DNA from: an uncultured Chitinophagales bacterium
GTDB lineage: Bacteria; Bacteroidota; Ignavibacteria; UBA10030; UBA6906
NCBI GenBank assembly: GCA_964550275.1
Contig: CAZJYO010000002.1
Span: forward strand, 1 to 37,186
Direction: 5' to 3'
Length of the DNA stretch: 37,186 nucleotides
Shown here: positions 1 through 8,620 of the stretch, one piece after another
Numbering within the stretch: position 1 is the stretch's first letter
How the letters are laid out: each line of letters starts with the position of its first letter
Program-made: the position numbers and the translations under genes
The notes under the pieces: model-generated
Seen by the model: only the letters and a program-made list of their open reading frames with translations
Told to the model about the DNA's origin: nothing
The model's database searches: none

Positions 1-30
1 CGTAGAGACGTAGCATGCTACGTCTCTACG
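1..30. repeat. Perfect 30-bp palindrome at the window edge (fold-back / inverted duplication, axis between nt 15 and 16)
   Basis: cgtagagacgtagca|tgctacgtctctacg equals its own reverse complement over all 30 nt and starts at base 1 of the window. Confidence 0.95.
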
Positions 31-117
31 GGTAACCGGTTCAACCACGTTTGCATCCCACCCTCATCTTCAGTAGTTTGAACGCACGAACATTGGGTGA
101 AACACGCAGGGCCGTTC

Positions 118-780
118 ATGAGAATTCTCCTTTTTTCCCTCCTTTCTTTGTTGATTGTTCTACCGCTTGAGGCACAGCAACAGCGGGTCTCCAGCGCGTT
201 CAAAATCGCACGCCTGAAATACTCCGGCGGCGGCGATTGGTACAATGACCCCGGCGCAGAGCCCAATCTGCTGAACTTTGTCCGCCAAACCACCGGCCTT
301 GACGTTGACCCGCGCTATGAATTTGTGGAAATCGCCAGCGAAAACTTCTTTTCCTATCCATTCCTCTTTATTACAGGGCACGGGAATATCGTCCTGGCGG
401 AACCGGAAGTCCGGCGGCTCCGCACCTACCTCGAGAACGGCGGATTCATTTACATTGACGACGATTACGGTATGGATAAAGCCATCCGCAGAGAACTCAG
501 GAAAGTTTTTCCGGAGAAAGAACTTGTGGAGATTCCATTCAGCCATGGTATTTATCACAACCAGTTCGATTTTCCCAACGGCCCACCCAAAACACACAAA
601 CACGATGAAAAACCATCGCGCGGGCTCGGGCTTTTTCATAACGACCGGTTGGTGTTGTTCTACACGACAGAATCAAACCCCAGCGACGGCTGGGTTGATA
701 CACACAACGACCCTGAAGAGAAACGAATTGAGGCGCTCCGGTTCGGAACGAATATCATTGTGTGGGCGTTGACGAATTGA
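118..780 (+). CDS. DUF4159 domain-containing exported protein
   Basis: ORF 97..780. The ATG at 118 gives a clean signal peptide (MRILLFSLLSLLIVLPLEAQ). Motifs RLKYSGGGDWYNDP, YPFLFITGHG and YLENGGFIYIDDDYG are typical of DUF4159, a family found with Bat/MoxR-type clusters. Confidence 0.8.
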   Translation: MRILLFSLLSLLIVLPLEAQQQRVSSAFKIARLKYSGGGDWYNDPGAEPNLLNFVRQTTGLDVDPRYEFVEIASENFFSYPFLFITGHGNIVLAEPEVRRLRTYLENGGFIYIDDDYGMDKAIRRELRKVFPEKELVEIPFSHGIYHNQFDFPNGPPKTHKHDEKPSRGLGLFHNDRLVLFYTTESNPSDGWVDTHNDPEEKRIEALRFGTNIIVWALTN

Positions 781-851
781 TATAACCAGCGTAATCGAAG
801 GCGGCAAGAAGGTTTTACAGAAAGCACTCACCCTCAGTAGTCGGAGACTCA

Positions 852-2390
852 ATGTCCGAACAACCAGCAAGAAAGAACCTCTTTAACCGATCTCTTGATT
901 TTGTCGAGAAAGTCGGGAATGCCCTTCCGCATCCGGCAACACTGTTTGCCCTATTTGCCGCGACGGTGGTTGTCGGGTCGGGAATTGTCGCGTTGCTCGA
1001 TTTTACGGCAATGCACCCGAGCACAGGGAAACCGATCGCACCGGTGAGTCTGCTGAACGCAGACGGCCTTCGCCGGATCGTTACCTCCATGGTCTCGAAC
1101 TTCACGGGGTTTGTTCCTCTCGGCACCGTGCTTGTGGCGATGCTTGGTGTTGGTGTTGCAGAAGGGTCGGGGTTGTTGACTGCGGCGTTGCGGGCGTTGG
1201 TGCTTTCAGCTCCGCGCAGATTCATTACGGTCGTTATTGTGTTCGCGGGCGTCATGTCCAACGCCGCTTCTGAAGCGGGCTACGTGATTCTTATTCCATT
1301 GGGCGCGGTGATCTTCCTTGCTTTTGGCCGTCACCCCATTGCCGGACTCGCGGCGGCGTTTGCGGGAGTATCAGGCGGTTACAGCGCGAACCTGGTCCTC
1401 GGCACCGTGGACCCGCTGCTGGCGGGAATAACGGAAGAGATGGCAAAGATTATCAACCCCGAATACAGGGTCAACCCCGCGGCAAACTACTACTTCATGG
1501 CCGCGTCCACGTTCCTCATTACCATCCTTGGGACGTTTGTCACCGAGAAGATTGTGGAGCCGCGACTGGGAACGTACACCGGCGACGAAAAGGGGATCGG
1601 GATGGAACAACTGAAGCTGGAAGAACGCCGCGGGCTCAAAGCCGCCGGGGCGGTTCTTCTGCTCTGCGGTGTCTTGCTTGGCCTGGCAACAATTCCCGAA
1701 GGAGCTGTTCTACGGAACCCCGAAACCGGCGACATTCTTCACTCTCCTTTTCTGAACGGCATTGTCACGATCATTTTCATGGTGTTTCTGTTGCCGGGGA
1801 TTGCCTACGGCCTGGCGACGAAATCACTGCGGAATGACTCCGCCATCATCAACTTCATGGGCAAATCCATGGGCGGACTCAGCGTCTATATTGTGCTGGT
1901 CTTCTTTGCCGCCCAGTTCGTCGCGTACTTTCAGTGGACAAATCTTGGGCTGATTACCGCCATTAAGGGTGCAGAACTGCTCAAATCGGTCGGGCTCACC
2001 GGTATCCCGCTCATTCTCAGCTTTATTGTTGTTGCCGCGCTGATGAATTTGTTCATGGGAAGCTCCTCGGCAAAATGGGCCGTCATGGCGCCAATTTTTG
2101 TTCCGATGTTCATGTTGCTGGGCTTCACGCCGGAACTAACGCAGGCCGCATACCGCATTGGAGACTCGGTGACGAACGTTGTCACACCGATGATGTCCTA
2201 TTTTGCCCTGATCATTGCGTTCTCCCAAAAATACGCGAAAGATGCGGGCATCGGCACTATCATTGCAACAATGCTTCCCTATAGTATCGTATTCCTGATT
2301 GGGTGGTCCCTGTTCCTTGTCGCCTGGGTGAGTCTCGGCATTCCGGTTGGTCCTGGCGCCGGGTTGTATTTGGGGAATGAACATGAGTGA
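852..2390 (+). CDS. abgT: AbgT family (p-aminobenzoyl-glutamate type) transporter
   Basis: 512-aa polytopic membrane protein. The N-terminus [26 protein letters not shown] is characteristic of AbgT/MtrF. GGAG lies 5 nt upstream of the ATG. Confidence 0.85.
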   Translation: MSEQPARKNLFNRSLDFVEKVGNALPHPATLFALFAATVVVGSGIVALLDFTAMHPSTGKPIAPVSLLNADGLRRIVTSMVSNFTGFVPLGTVLVAMLGVGVAEGSGLLTAALRALVLSAPRRFITVVIVFAGVMSNAASEAGYVILIPLGAVIFLAFGRHPIAGLAAAFAGVSGGYSANLVLGTVDPLLAGITEEMAKIINPEYRVNPAANYYFMAASTFLITILGTFVTEKIVEPRLGTYTGDEKGIGMEQLKLEERRGLKAAGAVLLLCGVLLGLATIPEGAVLRNPETGDILHSPFLNGIVTIIFMVFLLPGIAYGLATKSLRNDSAIINFMGKSMGGLSVYIVLVFFAAQFVAYFQWTNLGLITAIKGAELLKSVGLTGIPLILSFIVVAALMNLFMGSSSAKWAVMAPIFVPMFMLLGFTPELTQAAYRIGDSVTNVVTPMMSYFALIIAFSQKYAKDAGIGTIIATMLPYSIVFLIGWSLFLVAWVSLGIPVGPGAGLYLGNEHE

Positions 2391-2400
2391 CGGCCGGGGT

Positions 2401-2477
2401 ACACAACGACCCCAAGAGAACGGCCTGAGGTACTCCGCCTCGGAACGAACATCATTGTGTGGGCATTGACGAACTAA
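2401..2477 (+). pseudogene. Relic copy of the DUF4159 gene 3' end (direct repeat of nt 702-780)
   Basis: About 80% nucleotide identity to 702-780 with two 1-nt indels. The last 15 codons still read LRLGTNIIVWALTN-stop, against LRFGTNIIVWALTN-stop in the intact gene. Confidence 0.85.
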
Positions 2478-2479
2478 GC

Positions 2480-5400
2480 ATGCAGACGGAACAGACACAC
2501 ATATCTATCCTCACGCGTCTCGCCGCGGCAAGAACGCGCGATATGAAAATTTCCCTGCTCACCGGCGCGCTTCTTTTTCTTGTCATCAGCGGCGTGATGG
2601 TTATCCTTGTGGTCACCCTTGAAGGCGCGCTGCGATTTGGAATCGCGGGACGTACCGCGCTTTTCTGGTCAACGGTTGTTTTATGTATCGCGTTGTTCGG
2701 CTGGCTCGTTGGCGTTCCGCTTCTGCGGTTTCTGAAAATCGTTCCGCAAGAAACCGATGAGCACACGGCGGCCCGCGTCGGTTCACACTTTCCCCACATT
2801 GCCGATCGCTTGCTCAATACGCTTCAACTGTTCCGCGAGCGGAAAAGCACACTCTATTCGCCATCGCTTGTGGATGCCTCCATTGAAGACGCGGACGCGG
2901 ATATGTCCGGCGTGGACTTTTCCGCGTTCGTTGATACGTCACAAGCAAAACGCACGGCGCGCATCTTCGGCATTGTGGGATTCACCGCGCTCGTTCTTAT
3001 CATTGGTTTCCCGTCGGTGTTTGTTGCCTCAGCGCAAAGACTTCTTCATTACGGAGAGGAATTTGCCGAACCCACACCGTTCAGTTTCGCCGTCGAGCCG
3101 GGAAACGCCGAGGTGGTCAAGGGGCAACCGGTAACCATCAATGTCCGCGTTATCGGGGAAACGAAGGAGCCGGTGCGTCTTCTCAGCCGGCCGCGCGGCC
3201 AGGTCACGTTTGACGATCAGATTCTCGAACGATCCACGGGCGCGGCGCTCAAGCACGAGTTTTCTTCCGTCAAATCATCCACCGAGTACTTTGTGCAATC
3301 CGGCGATGTCCGCAGCCCCGAGTTTACCCTTACGGTTCTGGACAGGCCCGCGCTGAAATCATTGCGGCTTTCGCTCCAGTACCCGGCATATACCAAACTT
3401 GCGCCGAGGGAGCTTGACGAAAACATCGGCGACGTCACAGCTTTGAAAGGAACCCGCATTTCCCTCTCGGTTGAATCCAACAAAGAACTCGCGGAAGTCA
3501 TGATTGTCTTCAATGATTCCACCCGGAAAGCTCTGGATGTGAAGGGTGAGCAAGCCTCAGGATCGATCCCGCTTATGCGGGATGGAACCTATCATGTGTA
3601 CATGCGCGATACCGAGGGATTGACGAACGCCGATCCCATCGAGTACACCCTGCGCGTCACCGCGGACGCATTCCCTGCCGCCGAAATCCTTGTGCCCGGT
3701 CCGCATCTTGACATTGCAGGTGAAGCAAGCCTCAACACGCTTTTCAAAATCACGGATGATTTCGGATTCTCACAACTTCGTCTCGCGTACCGCCTGACGC
3801 AGTCGCGCTATGAACGACCGGCGGAAGAATTCACGACGATTGCGGTGCCGCTGGGTGAGCGATCTTCCACCGAAGAACAAATTCCCTACGTGTGGTCGCT
3901 TGAACCATTGCGCCTCGTGCCCGAGGACGTTGTCAGCTATTACATCGAAGTGTTTGATAACGATCGCGTATCCGGTCCAAAATCTGCACGAAGTGCAACC
4001 CATACGCTGCGTCTTCCATCGCTTGATGAGGTCTTTGCCGATCTGGACAGGGGACATGAGACGAGTCTTGAAAGCATGAAGGAAGCGCTTGAGGAAGCAC
4101 AGGAAGCGAAGAAGGATCTGGATGAACTCCAGCAGGACTTGAGAAAAAATCAGCAGAAGATGGACTGGCAGCAACAGCAGAAGGCACAGGAGCTGGCGAA
4201 GAAATACGAAGAGATCCAAAAGAAGCTGGATGATGTCAACGCGACGGTGGACCGGATGACCGCCGAGATGCAGAAGAACCAGGTGCTCTCCAAGGAGACG
4301 ATGGAGAAATACCAGGAATTGCAGCGGATGATGGAGGAAATGAACTCGCCCGAGTTCACGGACGCGCTGAAGAAACTTCAACAGTCCATGCAACAAATGT
4401 CGCCGGAGCAGATGCGACAGGCATTGCAGGAGTTCAAGTTCTCCGAGGAGAACTTCCGGGAAAGTCTGGAGCGCACGATGAACCTGTTGAAGCGCCTGCA
4501 GATCGAGCAAAAAACAGATGAAGTGGTGAAGCGCGCGGAGGAGATCAAGAACACGCAGGAGGAATTGCAGAAGCAAACCGAACAAACGAACCCGCAGGAC
4601 CGTGATGCGCTGGACAAGCTCGCCAAAGAACAGCAGGATCTGAAGGAACAGCTCGAAGCCCTGGAAAAAGAGATGGCGGGACTCGAGAAGAAAATGGAGG
4701 ACTTTCCCTCCGAGATGCCGCTGGAAGAAATGAGCAAGGCAATGGAGGAAATGGAACAGAGCCAGCTCGATCAGCAGATGCAGGAAATAGCGCAACAGCT
4801 CCAGCAGCAACAGATGTCGCAGGCGATGAAAGGCCAGCGCTCTGCAATGCAAAAGATGGGCTCGATGATGCAGCAGCTCCAGCAGATGCAGAAATCCATG
4901 ATGCAGAACCAGCAACAGCAAGTTTTGAATGCGATGCGCAAGTCGTTGGAGGATATGCTGGAGCTTTCAAAGAGACAGGAAGGATTAAAGAAAGAATCCC
5001 AGTCGCTTGATCAGAACTCTGCCCGGTTCCGCGAGAACGCGCAGGAGCAAATGGACATCATGCGCGATCTTTCGTCGGTGACCCAGGGGCTTTCAGAGCT
5101 TTCACAACGCACGTTCAGCATTTCGCCGGACCTGGGGAAGTCCATTGGCGATGCAATGAGACAGATGGATCAGGCGATGCAGTCGTTGCAACAGCGCAAC
5201 GGCAACATGGCCGGACAGCAGCAGGGCGGAGCCATGGCCTCGTTGAACCAGGCGGCAAGCCAACTGCAGGGCTCGATGAATTCCATGATGCAAGGCGGCT
5301 CATCGGGCATGGGTATGGCGGGTTTCATGCAGCGACTCCAGCAGATGTCATCACAGCAACAGGGCATCAACCAGGGGACGCAAAACCTCGGCGGCATGAC

Positions 5401-5857
5401 GCCGCAACAAGCGGCCGAGATGGGCCGGCTTGCGGGAGAACAGGGCATGGTGCGGAAATCTCTTGAGCAGCTTGCGCGTGAAGCCGCGCAAACCGGTGAC
5501 CTGAGCAAGATGCTTGGCGATCTGAACCGCGCCGCACAGGAGATGCGCGAAGTACAAACCGACCTGGCGCAGGGAAATGTCAATCCGGAAACGCTACGCA
5601 AACAGGAACGCATCCTCTCGCGGCTCTTGGATTCCCAGCGCTCCGCGCGTGAACGGGATTTTGAGAAGAAGCGGCTGGCAGAATCAGGGAAGGACGTACG
5701 CCGGACCGGACCACAGGAACTGAACGCCGCCTCACAGGATCGCGACAGACTTCGCCGCGATCTTCTGAAAGCGATGGAAGAAGGATACTCGAAGGACTAT
5801 CAGGATATTATCCGCAAGTATTTTGAAGCGCTTGAACAGGCGGAACCGAATCGGTAA
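2480..5857 (+). CDS. Large membrane-anchored coiled-coil protein with a Q/M/E/K-rich central region (possibly DUF4175-like)
   Basis: ORF 2459..5857. The ATG at 2480 lies 2 nt after the relic DUF4159 stop. There are N-terminal TM helices, a beta-rich region up to about aa 520, then about 500 aa of heptad-like low-complexity sequence (MQKMGSMMQQLQQMQKSMMQNQQQQ). The C-terminus is ...YSKDYQDIIRKYFEALEQ. Confidence 0.75.
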   Translation: MQTEQTHISILTRLAAARTRDMKISLLTGALLFLVISGVMVILVVTLEGALRFGIAGRTALFWSTVVLCIALFGWLVGVPLLRFLKIVPQETDEHTAARVGSHFPHIADRLLNTLQLFRERKSTLYSPSLVDASIEDADADMSGVDFSAFVDTSQAKRTARIFGIVGFTALVLIIGFPSVFVASAQRLLHYGEEFAEPTPFSFAVEPGNAEVVKGQPVTINVRVIGETKEPVRLLSRPRGQVTFDDQILERSTGAALKHEFSSVKSSTEYFVQSGDVRSPEFTLTVLDRPALKSLRLSLQYPAYTKLAPRELDENIGDVTALKGTRISLSVESNKELAEVMIVFNDSTRKALDVKGEQASGSIPLMRDGTYHVYMRDTEGLTNADPIEYTLRVTADAFPAAEILVPGPHLDIAGEASLNTLFKITDDFGFSQLRLAYRLTQSRYERPAEEFTTIAVPLGERSSTEEQIPYVWSLEPLRLVPEDVVSYYIEVFDNDRVSGPKSARSATHTLRLPSLDEVFADLDRGHETSLESMKEALEEAQEAKKDLDELQQDLRKNQQKMDWQQQQKAQELAKKYEEIQKKLDDVNATVDRMTAEMQKNQVLSKETMEKYQELQRMMEEMNSPEFTDALKKLQQSMQQMSPEQMRQALQEFKFSEENFRESLERTMNLLKRLQIEQKTDEVVKRAEEIKNTQEELQKQTEQTNPQDRDALDKLAKEQQDLKEQLEALEKEMAGLEKKMEDFPSEMPLEEMSKAMEEMEQSQLDQQMQEIAQQLQQQQMSQAMKGQRSAMQKMGSMMQQLQQMQKSMMQNQQQQVLNAMRKSLEDMLELSKRQEGLKKESQSLDQNSARFRENAQEQMDIMRDLSSVTQGLSELSQRTFSISPDLGKSIGDAMRQMDQAMQSLQQRNGNMAGQQQGGAMASLNQAASQLQGSMNSMMQGGSSGMGMAGFMQRLQQMSSQQQGINQGTQNLGGMTPQQAAEMGRLAGEQGMVRKSLEQLAREAAQTGDLSKMLGDLNRAAQEMREVQTDLAQGNVNPETLRKQERILSRLLDSQRSARERDFEKKRLAESGKDVRRTGPQELNAASQDRDRLRRDLLKAMEEGYSKDYQDIIRKYFEALEQAEPNR

Positions 5858-5945
5858 GGCGTGTTTCCGACCGACACGGTTGCTTCTTCCCCTTCCCTTT
5901 TCTAACTTGACGCAGTAAGAATCAACAAGGACACCGGTTCTCTTC

Positions 5946-7118
5946 TTGCGCGCACTCATCAACCGAATTCTCAAAAACCACGAGAGTCACACCCTCGCCG
6001 ATCTCACTCCCGCCGTCTGTACTCATGATCGTATTCAATCGGTTCTTGCCGGACTTGTAAGAAAAAGCAGCGGACTGCTTGCCAGCGAATCTGTGGGCAC
6101 TTCCTTTGAAGGCCGGAGTATCAACCTGGTACGTTGCGGCAACGGGAAAACTCGTGTTCTGCTCTGGTCGCAAATGCACGGCGATGAACCCACCGCCACG
6201 CTCGCGCTGATGGATATTTTCTCTTTGCTCGCGAGCCAGGGAACCCGTTTGTCATACCTTCGAAGTATCCTCGAGAAGTGTACGCTTCTCTTCGTTCCCA
6301 TGTTGAATCCGGATGGCGCCGAAAAGCGCACGCGACGAACAACAACACGCATCGACATGAACCGCGACGCTCGCGCGCTCGTTACACCGGAAGCAAAAAT
6401 CCTCAGAGGCCTTCAGCAGAAATTCAAGCCCGCGTTTGGTTTCAACCTTCATGACCAGGAGCTGAGTTGCGTCGGCGCCACGCCTAAAGTTACAGCCATC
6501 GCGCTCCTCGCCCCTGCACGTGATGTCAAGAAAACCACACCGCCGGTTCGCCGCAAAGCGATTCAAGTTGCATCGTGTATTGCACAGGCATTGTCCCACG
6601 CGGCAAAGGGTCATGTCGCGCGATATAGCGACGCGTTCGAACCCCGCGCGTTCGGTGACAACATGCAGGGCTGGGGAACAAGCACGGTGCTCATCGAATC
6701 CGGTCATTGGCCCGGCGATCCGGAAAAAGTATTTATCCGGCGCTTGAATGTTGTGGCGATTCTTGTTGCTCTCGACTGCATTGCTCGCGGTTCGCTGAAT
6801 CAACTCAACACACAACACTATGACGGTTTGCCGGAGAATGGAAAGAGCATTGTCGATGTGCTCATCCGCAATCTCACCATTCTGCATCCATCGGGAAAAT
6901 CCTTCGCGGCCGATCTTGGTCTCTCTGTCTCCTCGTCGGCGATGTGGAACCGGGGTTTGGACGACGTTGTCATCAAGGAGTTTGGCGATCTCAGCACGTT
7001 TGCGGCATTACACGTTATTGACGGGAAGAACCACGTTGTCCGCTTGGGCGACATTCATATCGATCAGACCATAAAGAAAGACGAGCTTCAGGAAATTCTC
7101 CGGGTAGCCCTTCCTTGA
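5946..7118 (+). CDS. M14-family zinc carboxypeptidase-like protein
   Basis: LLWSQMHGDEPTAT (HxxE zinc motif), FVPMLNPDGAE and IDMNRD. The start is TTG and is uncertain. Confidence 0.75.
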   Translation: MRALINRILKNHESHTLADLTPAVCTHDRIQSVLAGLVRKSSGLLASESVGTSFEGRSINLVRCGNGKTRVLLWSQMHGDEPTATLALMDIFSLLASQGTRLSYLRSILEKCTLLFVPMLNPDGAEKRTRRTTTRIDMNRDARALVTPEAKILRGLQQKFKPAFGFNLHDQELSCVGATPKVTAIALLAPARDVKKTTPPVRRKAIQVASCIAQALSHAAKGHVARYSDAFEPRAFGDNMQGWGTSTVLIESGHWPGDPEKVFIRRLNVVAILVALDCIARGSLNQLNTQHYDGLPENGKSIVDVLIRNLTILHPSGKSFAADLGLSVSSSAMWNRGLDDVVIKEFGDLSTFAALHVIDGKNHVVRLGDIHIDQTIKKDELQEILRVALP

Positions 7119-7143
7119 TATTCCTTCGTGATAGTTGTACATT
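7115..7143 (+). promoter_or_regulatory. Sigma70-like promoter TTGATA-17-TACATT upstream of the ECF sigma gene
   Basis: -35 at 7115-7120, 17-nt spacer, -10 at 7138-7143, about 28 nt before the ATG at 7171. Confidence 0.45.
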
Positions 7144-7170
7144 TCTTCTGTCCCCGAAACCACAAAACCC

Positions 7171-7737
7171 ATGCCCTCAGCAGTAAATCCCAAAGAACAG
7201 GAGTTCAAGCAGGAAGCGCTTCCGCACATGGACGTGCTGTATAACTTTGCCCTGCGCATGACCAATAATGCGGCAGATGCCGAAGACCTGCTTCAGGAGA
7301 CGTATCTTAAGGCATTTCGCTTCTGGGACAAGTATGAACGGGGAACCAACATCCGCGCATGGTTGTTTCGAATCATGAAGAACTCGTATATCAACCGCTA
7401 CCGGAAGGAGTCCAAAGAGCCGGAAACGGTGGATTATGACGAGGTTCAGAATATTTACGCTCCACGGGCTGGCGGGGCCGACGAGAATGATCTTCAGAAG
7501 AGTCTCTTCGGCAACTTGCTTGAAGATGATGTTGCAATGGCGATCGCCGGACTGCCGGAGGAATTCAGGACGGTGGTAATCCTGTGCGACATTGAGGGAT
7601 TGACGTACGAAGAGATTGCCGAGTTTCTCGATATACCGCTCGGTACGGTGCGTTCACGGTTGCACCGCGGAAGAAAGTTGCTCCGCTCGAAACTGATGAA
7701 GTTCGCGCGCGACAAAGGGTATGTGACAGAAGACTAA
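7171..7737 (+). CDS. ECF-type RNA polymerase sigma-70 family factor
   Basis: Region 2 (DAEDLLQETYLKAFRFWDKY...WLFRIMKNSYINRYRK) and region 4 (LPEEFRTVVILCDIEGLTYEEIAEFLDIPLGTVRSRLHRGRKLL). The ORF track starts at TTG 7135. Confidence 0.9.
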   Translation: MPSAVNPKEQEFKQEALPHMDVLYNFALRMTNNAADAEDLLQETYLKAFRFWDKYERGTNIRAWLFRIMKNSYINRYRKESKEPETVDYDEVQNIYAPRAGGADENDLQKSLFGNLLEDDVAMAIAGLPEEFRTVVILCDIEGLTYEEIAEFLDIPLGTVRSRLHRGRKLLRSKLMKFARDKGYVTED

Positions 7738-7777
7738 CACCGGGAACCAATACATGCACATTCGATAAAGGATCGTT

Positions 7778-8620
7778 GTGGATTGCAAAGAATTTCAAGA
7801 GCATGTAACACCGGCGGTTGACAAGCGCCTGACCGGTGAAAAGATGAAGGAGTTCTCGCGGCACGCGGAGCAATGTTCTCCTTGCCGCGCCGAGTATGAA
7901 CTGGAATCCATGACCAGTTCGTTTGTCCGCACACGCCTTCCGATGTCTCCCACACCCGCGCACGTTGCCGCAAGAATTGTTGGCCAAGCGACAGCCCGCC
8001 CGCCAGCAACCCAACCGGAAGCTGCAAGCATGATTCGACGGATTGTGGACTCGATCTATTTCCGGCCGGCGCTCGCGTTTGCCGCCGGCTGTGTCGGCGT
8101 GATCCTTCTTCTGCAACAGCCCGAGCCACACTCAGTAAGCACTGCGTCCCTTGTCCCCGGCAATATCATTCACCAGTCACTGGCAAACTACACAAGAGTA
8201 GCCAACGGCGAGATCATCACTCCGCAATCCCCCGACCAACAGGAAGTCCTTGCGGGGTACAATGGAGGCAAGACGACATTTCCCGTTGTCGTTCCGCGCC
8301 TGAAGAAGTGTGAGCTGCTTGGCGGCACACTGAAAGAGTATGCAGGGCTCACCATGGCGCACTTCGCCTACAAGCATGATACCGGCATCGTGTACGTGTA
8401 TGAGGCATGCTGGAAGGAAGTGCAAAAGGGAGAGAAGATCATGCTTCCCGCCGAGGCGCTGGAAACGCTGAAATCCACCGGATGGTATGCAGAGTCGCAG
8501 CCCAACGGCTGTTCGATTGTTCTCTGGACCAAGAACGACAAGACGCTGTGCTCGGCGGTTTCACGCATGCCCAAGGACGAACTGCTCGCGTATGTTTCTT
8601 CGGTGAACGAAGCGCCCTAA
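7778..8620 (+). CDS. Anti-sigma factor, zf-HC2 (ZAS) type, single-pass membrane protein
   Basis: GTG start with AAGGA 5 nt upstream. H-x3-C-x2-C motif HAEQCSPC at aa 29-36, a TM helix at about aa 95-112, and an unassigned C-terminal domain of about 168 aa. Confidence 0.75.
   Translation: MDCKEFQEHVTPAVDKRLTGEKMKEFSRHAEQCSPCRAEYELESMTSSFVRTRLPMSPTPAHVAARIVGQATARPPATQPEAASMIRRIVDSIYFRPALAFAAGCVGVILLLQQPEPHSVSTASLVPGNIIHQSLANYTRVANGEIITPQSPDQQEVLAGYNGGKTTFPVVVPRLKKCELLGGTLKEYAGLTMAHFAYKHDTGIVYVYEACWKEVQKGEKIMLPAEALETLKSTGWYAESQPNGCSIVLWTKNDKTLCSAVSRMPKDELLAYVSSVNEAP

Noticed and set aside
5-26. Inverted BsmBI-type sites flanking an SphI site, suggesting a synthetic cloning linker
   Set aside because: Any fold-back of a 15-mer containing CGTCTC and starting with TGC produces exactly this pattern. 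The sites are a by-product of the palindrome, not independent evidence of engineering.
781-2400. abgT segment as a transposon or integron cassette
   Set aside because: There is no transposase or integrase, no terminal inverted repeats, and no attC-like site that I could see. The flanking repeat is 78 bp of coding sequence rather than a short target duplication. I report it as a recombinational insertion instead.
3770-4921. 383-aa minus-strand ORF (very Leu/His-rich) inside the giant coiled-coil gene
   Set aside because: It is the antisense mirror of CAG/GAG/AAG/ATG-rich codons, so Q/E/K/M become L/H-rich in reverse. It has no start context or motifs and lies entirely inside a much better-supported + strand CDS.
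4780-5400. CAG/ATG-rich repetitive nucleotide stretches that look microsatellite-like
   Set aside because: There is no fixed repeat unit or tandem periodicity. They encode in-frame Q/M-rich low-complexity protein sequence within the giant CDS.
6625-6655. GTTCGAACCCCGC string resembling a tRNA T-arm
   Set aside because: The flanking bases do not form a T stem or an acceptor stem, and it lies in frame inside the M14 peptidase CDS.
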